Below are positions 15,519-20,000 of a stretch of 20,000 nucleotides of DNA, piece after piece. The stretch is taken from IMG/VR virus record IMGVR_UViG_3300020183_000049; one strand, given 5' to 3'. The notes beneath the pieces are model-generated. The model saw only the letters and a program-made list of their open reading frames with translations. It made no database searches and was not told where the DNA came from. Position 1 is the stretch's first letter. Every line of letters begins with the position of its first letter. The stretch is from an uncultured virus (IMG/VR IMGVR_UViG_3300020183_000049) (lineage: Duplodnaviria > Heunggongvirae > Uroviricota > Caudoviricetes). Made by a program: the position numbers and the translations under genes.

Positions 15519-16262
15519 TTATTTTTTCCGATATTCGTTCAGAAGGTTTACTATTTGTTTTGTTATATCAACATCAATAAAACTATCCGCACTATCCCAA
15601 GTACCAGTGTAAGTTCCGTCTCTGTTTACTAAAATGGCTAATGCACGTAATGAACAGTCATCACGATCAGGTACAATTTCTTTTAGTTTTTCCAAAAGTT
15701 CATCAGATTTAATAGCACAATAATATATTGTCTGATCTTTAACAAAATATTTGTCTACAAATTGGGAATCATCTTTGAATGTGGTACACCAGGCACAGTC
15801 TATTTTACCATCACCACATAATCTATGTGCAAAGTGTTTAAGTGCTTGTGATCTGGACGCTAAATGTTCGTCGGGAGCTATAACATACATATGTTCATTA
15901 TCGACAACTATCTCGAAATCAGATTCTAAATCTTTATTGGACAAGTTAGCACCAGAATTACTGATATCATCAACTTCGGTTCTTAAGTCTTCAAAAGTTC
16001 TGAAATTATCGATGTTCTTAGTTATTGCTTTACCGTTATCTAGAAGAACAGCATATTCTTCAATTTTATTCCTCAAGTCGTCCCAATTGGTTACATTTTT
16101 ATTAATCCATTGTTTAGCCATCCAATCAACAAATTTAAATTTGTCAGGACCTGTGGGGTCAATTTGTTTTAATTTTTCAAAATCTTCTTGACTTAGTTGT
16201 CCACTTTTAAGATAAAATCTTGCTAAAGTTGTAGCTTCTGAAATTAATGATATTTTTTTCAT
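15519..16262 (-). CDS. Conserved jumbo-phage hypothetical protein with DPT...W / P....AS...WCT motifs (PcfJ-like, tentative)
   Basis: 247 aa; IDPTG..KFVDWM, APDEHLAS, CAWCTT; leads the LRR operon. Confidence 0.55.
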   Translation of the reverse strand: MKKISLISEATTLARFYLKSGQLSQEDFEKLKQIDPTGPDKFKFVDWMAKQWINKNVTNWDDLRNKIEEYAVLLDNGKAITKNIDNFRTFEDLRTEVDDISNSGANLSNKDLESDFEIVVDNEHMYVIAPDEHLASRSQALKHFAHRLCGDGKIDCAWCTTFKDDSQFVDKYFVKDQTIYYCAIKSDELLEKLKEIVPDRDDCSLRALAILVNRDGTYTGTWDSADSFIDVDITKQIVNLLNEYRKK

Positions 16263-16340
16263 AATTTTTATTTATTACTTTATGTTAAATATCATATGTT
16301 TTAACATTTTCAAACACTAAACATAGAATATTCGAAAAAA

Positions 16341-16517
16341 CTACTTAATCTCTTCGGAAAACATTATCGAAACAAGTACCCAAACTATAATAATGGAGAG
16401 TGAAATGAAAACTAAAGGACTTGAAATGCATAATTTGTCTTTCAAAGACATGAGTAACCCTGTCCAGCCCATCACAAATATTGTGATCAAAAGCGTGTTT
16501 TTGAGTTTTGATTTCAT
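16341..16517 (-). CDS. 58-aa two-TM membrane protein
   Basis: Manual translation MKSKLKNTLLITIFVMGWTGLLMSLKDKLCISSPLVFISLSIIIVWVLVSIMFSEEIK; starts 3 nt after the upstream stop. Confidence 0.6.
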   Translation of the reverse strand: MKSKLKNTLLITIFVMGWTGLLMSLKDKLCISSPLVFISLSIIIVWVLVSIMFSEEIK

Positions 16518-16520
16518 ATT

Positions 16521-17123
16521 TTAATCCCACCAAGTTTTAAGCCCGCGACCATCGGTCTTTTCGACGTAAATTTCATAAGAAAGATTATTTTGTTCACTGA
16601 CCTCGGTACCTTTCAGTATTTCACAAAATTCATTCCATTGTTCAATTTCAATTTCATTAGCTCTGTAATAAATCTTTGAATTGTGATCCTTTTGTTCTTG
16701 GGTTAGATTTGTTTCTACTAGTTCAAATTTCTCATTTTTATCGTCAATTGGAACGAATTCAATATCAGATTCATAACAAGAACCCAATTCTTTTTCAGCC
16801 AATTCCAAAAATTTATACTCAGTGTGGTTTTTAAGAATATAACAAGCTTTCCTCATCTGATAAACTTTTTTCATTCTACTGTTATTTTCTTCGTTACCAT
16901 GTTTTTCCAAGTTATCAGCCATGATCCTGAAAAAGGTCTCCATGAAAACCAAAATACCTTGGTAGTCCCACCAGTAAATTTGAGAAAGTGCCTTCCTAAA
17001 TTTCCAGGCGTTCTTGATAAATCTAACAGAAGATCTGTATTTTTCTTCTATTTTGTAACGTAAACCTTCTAGTTTGAAAAGTAAGCTCCGACTATGAGTA
17101 TTAAAATTAAAATTGTTGTCCAT
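16521..17123 (-). CDS. Conserved phage hypothetical protein (C-terminal WWD)
   Basis: 200 aa; WWDY and terminal GLKTWWD motifs. Confidence 0.7.
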   Translation of the reverse strand: MDNNFNFNTHSRSLLFKLEGLRYKIEEKYRSSVRFIKNAWKFRKALSQIYWWDYQGILVFMETFFRIMADNLEKHGNEENNSRMKKVYQMRKACYILKNHTEYKFLELAEKELGSCYESDIEFVPIDDKNEKFELVETNLTQEQKDHNSKIYYRANEIEIEQWNEFCEILKGTEVSEQNNLSYEIYVEKTDGRGLKTWWD

Positions 17124-17257
17124 GATATTAGATTGAAGATTTTATTTTTTTCGTATTTTTCGGTAATAATTTCAAGAACAGCTAGGAGACTACCAATTGA
17201 CAAAATGAATATCAAAGAAATAAAACATCCTTTAAGTAAAAAGTAAAATAATTCCAT
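17069..17257 (-). CDS. Small two-TM membrane protein
   Basis: 62 aa, two hydrophobic segments, directly after a consensus promoter; overlaps the next ORF by 55 bp. Confidence 0.6.
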   Translation of the reverse strand: MELFYFLLKGCFISLIFILSIGSLLAVLEIITEKYEKNKIFNLISWTTILILILIVGAYFSN

Positions 17258-17270
17258 TGTTCTTTTTTTC

Positions 17271-17301
17271 CAAAGATAGTAAATATTTCAGTTAAATCAA
17301 A
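17271..17301 (-). promoter_or_regulatory. Bacteroidota-type promoter
   Basis: Minus strand TTTG (17301-17298)-19 nt-TATCTTTG (17278-17271). Confidence 0.7.
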
Positions 17302-17400
17302 ATTTTTTGAAATAATCGAAAATTATCATATTTGATTAATATTTATAGTTTGTCTTTTGAAATTTTTTAACTATCTTTTCTCAAACCTCAAATTTTTTTT

Positions 17401-17721
17401 ATGGATCTAACCTTTGACAATGTCAGTAAGTTAATTTTGGATAATTTTGATATTCATTTAGAAAAAAGTGATGAAAATTGTATTTGTTTAATTATAGATC
17501 CAAAAGAAGGTGGAGATTCTGATATTGTTTATTTGGAACTTGCAAAAAAGACCTACAACTCCAAACCAATTGGAATGAACAAATATCTCATAATTGATGG
17601 TAGTTTTATGTCCACGCACGATATGATTAACAAAAACATTCCACTCACAGATGAAAATTTTTCGATCGTAAAGAACTTTATCCACAAGTTTTACACAGAA
17701 TTTGTGGAAAAATCGAACTAA
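17401..17721 (+). CDS. Hypothetical protein
   Basis: 106 aa ATG ORF preceded by a variant promoter TTTG-19-TATCTTTT (17349-17379). Confidence 0.65.
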   Translation: MDLTFDNVSKLILDNFDIHLEKSDENCICLIIDPKEGGDSDIVYLELAKKTYNSKPIGMNKYLIIDGSFMSTHDMINKNIPLTDENFSIVKNFIHKFYTEFVEKSN

Positions 17722-17764
17722 ACCTCATAATTTTTCCCGGTTTTGTGTGTATCTTTGTGCCACT

Positions 17765-18184
17765 ATGATAAACCCCCTATTCAAAACCGACGATCTGAAT
17801 ACGAGACGTAAACGTATTATCGCTGAGAAGACCCTCGAATGGTGTAAGGCCAATATGGGTAACAGACGAGCTAATCTGGAGTTCGTTGTCAAAAAAGCTG
17901 GAACAACGGCTAAACAGAACAAAGAACAAGGTCACTTCAAGTTTTGGTGTAACCAAATGGTTATCTATTCGGATATGTGTCCGTCAGTTCGTTCACTCAT
18001 TTCCGTTGTAATTCACGAGTATACTCACTTCCTTCAACCTATGGAGCGTGACTATGTTCGTTTACACCATAAATTCGGGTACTACAAACACCCTTTCGAG
18101 ATCGAAGCTAGAGCCAACGAGAGACTGTGGTCTAAGTGTTATGCTGATACAATCAAGCCGTACTTGCTCGAGTGTGGTTTGTAA
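17765..18184 (+). CDS. HEXXH zincin-like metallopeptidase
   Basis: VIHEYTHFLQ plus downstream EIEA third-ligand motif; start reassigned to ATG 17765 after TATCTTTG (17750-17757). Confidence 0.7.
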   Translation: MINPLFKTDDLNTRRKRIIAEKTLEWCKANMGNRRANLEFVVKKAGTTAKQNKEQGHFKFWCNQMVIYSDMCPSVRSLISVVIHEYTHFLQPMERDYVRLHHKFGYYKHPFEIEARANERLWSKCYADTIKPYLLECGL

Positions 18185-18194
18185 TATCTTAAGA

Positions 18195-18347
18195 TTATAC
18201 AAGGTTTTTGTCTTCCTCATCAAAGAGGTCTAGACCTTTGTAGTCTGAATTATCTTTGTTCATACCGTCGATTAAAGTCGCCAAGATCCACGAAATACAT
18301 AAAATTGGTATCATGATCAGAAACCAGAGGATAACGTATGTGATCAT
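18195..18347 (-). CDS. 50-aa single-TM membrane protein
   Basis: MITYVILWFLIMIPILCISWILATL...; ATGA overlap with the stop of 18344..18562. Confidence 0.55.
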   Translation of the reverse strand: MITYVILWFLIMIPILCISWILATLIDGMNKDNSDYKGLDLFDEEDKNLV

Positions 18348-18562
18348 TTTGTTTTGGAATTTTGTAACTGTAATAAATATTCTCTTGCTTGTTCTTGTGA
18401 CTTCATAGAGGTAAGATAAAATCCATTTGGATTTACTGAAGAAACGATGTAGCATCGATATTCTTCTGACATGGAAATATTGTTGAAAATATGATAAGTA
18501 TTTTTTTTGTGAACTATTCTACCTGATATTTGATTTCCGAAGTCTAGTTCTTCAACTATCAT
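18344..18562 (-). CDS. Hypothetical protein
   Basis: 72 aa, ATGA-coupled on both sides. Confidence 0.65.
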   Translation of the reverse strand: MIVEELDFGNQISGRIVHKKNTYHIFNNISMSEEYRCYIVSSVNPNGFYLTSMKSQEQAREYLLQLQNSKTK

Positions 18563-19047
18563 AACTTGTTTGAAAGATTGAGATGTTCTGAAAATCCAAC
18601 AATTACTTCGTGAGCATATTCTTCATTCAAAGGCGTTTCAGAATTTGATAGTGCTTTTGCAAATTCGGATCCTATATCATTGTAGTTTCCGAAATTATAT
18701 GGAATTTTTGAGAAATGATTTGAAATTCTCTTACAATTGTCTTTGAATGGAACGTAATCATCGTTTTCTGGTTCAAAAAGAATGTCCTTGTTTTTGAAAA
18801 TGAATTGTAAACAACCGTAGTAAATCAGAAAGATTGCTTGTCTTTTTGAAATCCAGCTGGCTTCGAATGGTTGTGTTTTTTTCAATTCAATTCTAATTGT
18901 TTTTCTTTTTGCCCATTTGCTTGGACTCAGCGCAAAATCAATCGTGATAGTTTCCCACCGGGATCTGAAATAAAAAAAATACCCTAGAAAATACCCCTCA
19001 GCTTGAACTGGTGCAAATCCACTAGGTTTGTACAACCATCTTATCAT
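18559..19047 (-). CDS. Hypothetical protein (PVQAEG...YFRSR motif)
   Basis: 162 aa, ATGA-coupled. Confidence 0.65.
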   Translation of the reverse strand: MIRWLYKPSGFAPVQAEGYFLGYFFYFRSRWETITIDFALSPSKWAKRKTIRIELKKTQPFEASWISKRQAIFLIYYGCLQFIFKNKDILFEPENDDYVPFKDNCKRISNHFSKIPYNFGNYNDIGSEFAKALSNSETPLNEEYAHEVIVGFSEHLNLSNKL

Positions 19048-19307
19048 TTGAAAATGTAACTAAAAAGTTTGTGTAGTGACGGTTTATCTCCAGCTGATGA
19101 AGGATAATGCCATTCATTAATTTCGTCCTCGTTATCAATAGGTGGAGCGATTATCGTTGTTTTACCCTGGATCCAATCACAGAGTTGTACGAGTGTGTAA
19201 TTGGCTATAACTTGACCGTTCTGATCCAAGATTTGAAATTGATCTGGATCCAGTTTTTTCAACGTGAGGTTGTCCCCCTCATTGTTGAGTAATGATTGTG
19301 TTTTCAT
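19044..19307 (-). CDS. Hypothetical protein
   Basis: 87 aa, ATGA-coupled. Confidence 0.65.
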   Translation of the reverse strand: MKTQSLLNNEGDNLTLKKLDPDQFQILDQNGQVIANYTLVQLCDWIQGKTTIIAPPIDNEDEINEWHYPSSAGDKPSLHKLFSYIFK

Positions 19308-19540
19308 TTTATAATTTTTACTTCAGCTTCAGTTTCAATTATAACTCTTGCACCACAAGAAATCAAGGGTTTGATTTCAGTTCCAGAACCACAATAGATG
19401 ATTTTACTCGGGCCCAAAATCTCGACCTCATTGCAGTAGGTATTTTTTTTACCTTGTTTAACTGTGATAACTGGTAAATCCGTCCCTTTGGTTTTATTAG
19501 AACGAATGTGATGTTGGTTGACGTGGATTTTAGTTTTCAA
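19304..19540 (-). CDS. Conserved small phage protein (IHVNQH...PVITVK...GPS...SCGARV)
   Basis: 78 aa, TTG start; motif pattern recalled from T4-like phage hypotheticals. Confidence 0.7.
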   Translation of the reverse strand: MKTKIHVNQHHIRSNKTKGTDLPVITVKQGKKNTYCNEVEILGPSKIIYCGSGTEIKPLISCGARVIIETEAEVKIIK

Positions 19541-19579
19541 TTTGATAAAAAGAAAAAAAGTTAAAGGGTAGTCCTAAAA

Positions 19580-20000
19580 TTAATTGGATAACGGCATTTT
19601 AATAGTTGGGTGACTTTGGTAATTCTCTAAAATAATATCATCTAAAGTGTATTCTGAAATATCATTAACAACCCTGTCAGATATTTTTACTGTTGGTAGT
19701 TGGTAAGGTTCTCTTGTCAATTGTTCTTTGATTGGTTCAATATGATTAAGGTATAAATGAACATCCCCTAAATTACCAATTACTTCGTCTGGAACCATAT
19801 TAACTTGTTTAGCAATCATCATTAATAGTAGAGAATAACTTGCTATATTAAAACTCAACCCCAATCCCGTGTCGACTGAACGTTGATTCCACATTAGAGA
19901 GATTGCTCGTTTTGGAATATTAAATCCGTCCATAACAACATCTTTACCCTGAAAGGGATGAATATCAAACTCTCCATATTTTTTAATATACAAATCACAT
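19580..20000 (-). CDS. thyA: Thymidylate synthase, C-terminal part (gene begins beyond window)
   Basis: WNQRSVDTGLGLSFNIASYSLL, GDVHLYLNH, QLTREP and YQSHPTIKMPLS motifs; frame open to the window edge. Confidence 0.95.
   Translation of the reverse strand, partial: CDLYIKKYGEFDIHPFQGKDVVMDGFNIPKRAISLMWNQRSVDTGLGLSFNIASYSLLLMMIAKQVNMVPDEVIGNLGDVHLYLNHIEPIKEQLTREPYQLPTVKISDRVVNDISEYTLDDIILENYQSHPTIKMPLSN

Noticed and set aside
16345..16533. 62-aa ORF from the track
   Set aside because: A better ATG-initiated two-TM ORF (16341..16517) occupies another frame.
1..20000. Stop-codon recoding, tRNA or rRNA genes
   Set aside because: Long ORFs are intact in code 11 and all three stops are used; no cloverleaf or rRNA signature was recognised.

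Overview
AT-rich, gene-dense segment, almost certainly from a T4-like/jumbo phage (standard code). The likely host is Bacteroidota, judged from TTTG-N19/20-TAnnTTTG promoters. The standout is a compact stand-alone type V locus on the minus strand (9570->7729). It runs: host-type promoter, 458-aa Cas12f-like RuvC nuclease with intact D-E-D residues, boxA-like site, a structured tracr-like RNA whose anti-repeat lies about 9 nt from the first repeat (apparent natural single guide), and a 3-repeat mini CRISPR array with 18- and 30-nt spacers. There is no cas1/cas2 or transposase in the window. Other content: (i) many unrelated proteins sharing an N-terminal 'I.LTE.EL..II..I.E' leader, including tandem protein-kinase-like paralogs; (ii) six translationally coupled LRR-like paralogs sharing DNA modules out of register; (iii) miniature tail-tube-like and major-capsid-like proteins, the latter between inverted repeats beside an attC-like hairpin; (iv) two non-coding regions with 21-bp-phased TGTTATAA repeats (origin/packaging-like); (v) a ferredoxin, an HEXXH protein and the 3' end of thyA. 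All family calls come from motif recognition by eye; no database searches were run.
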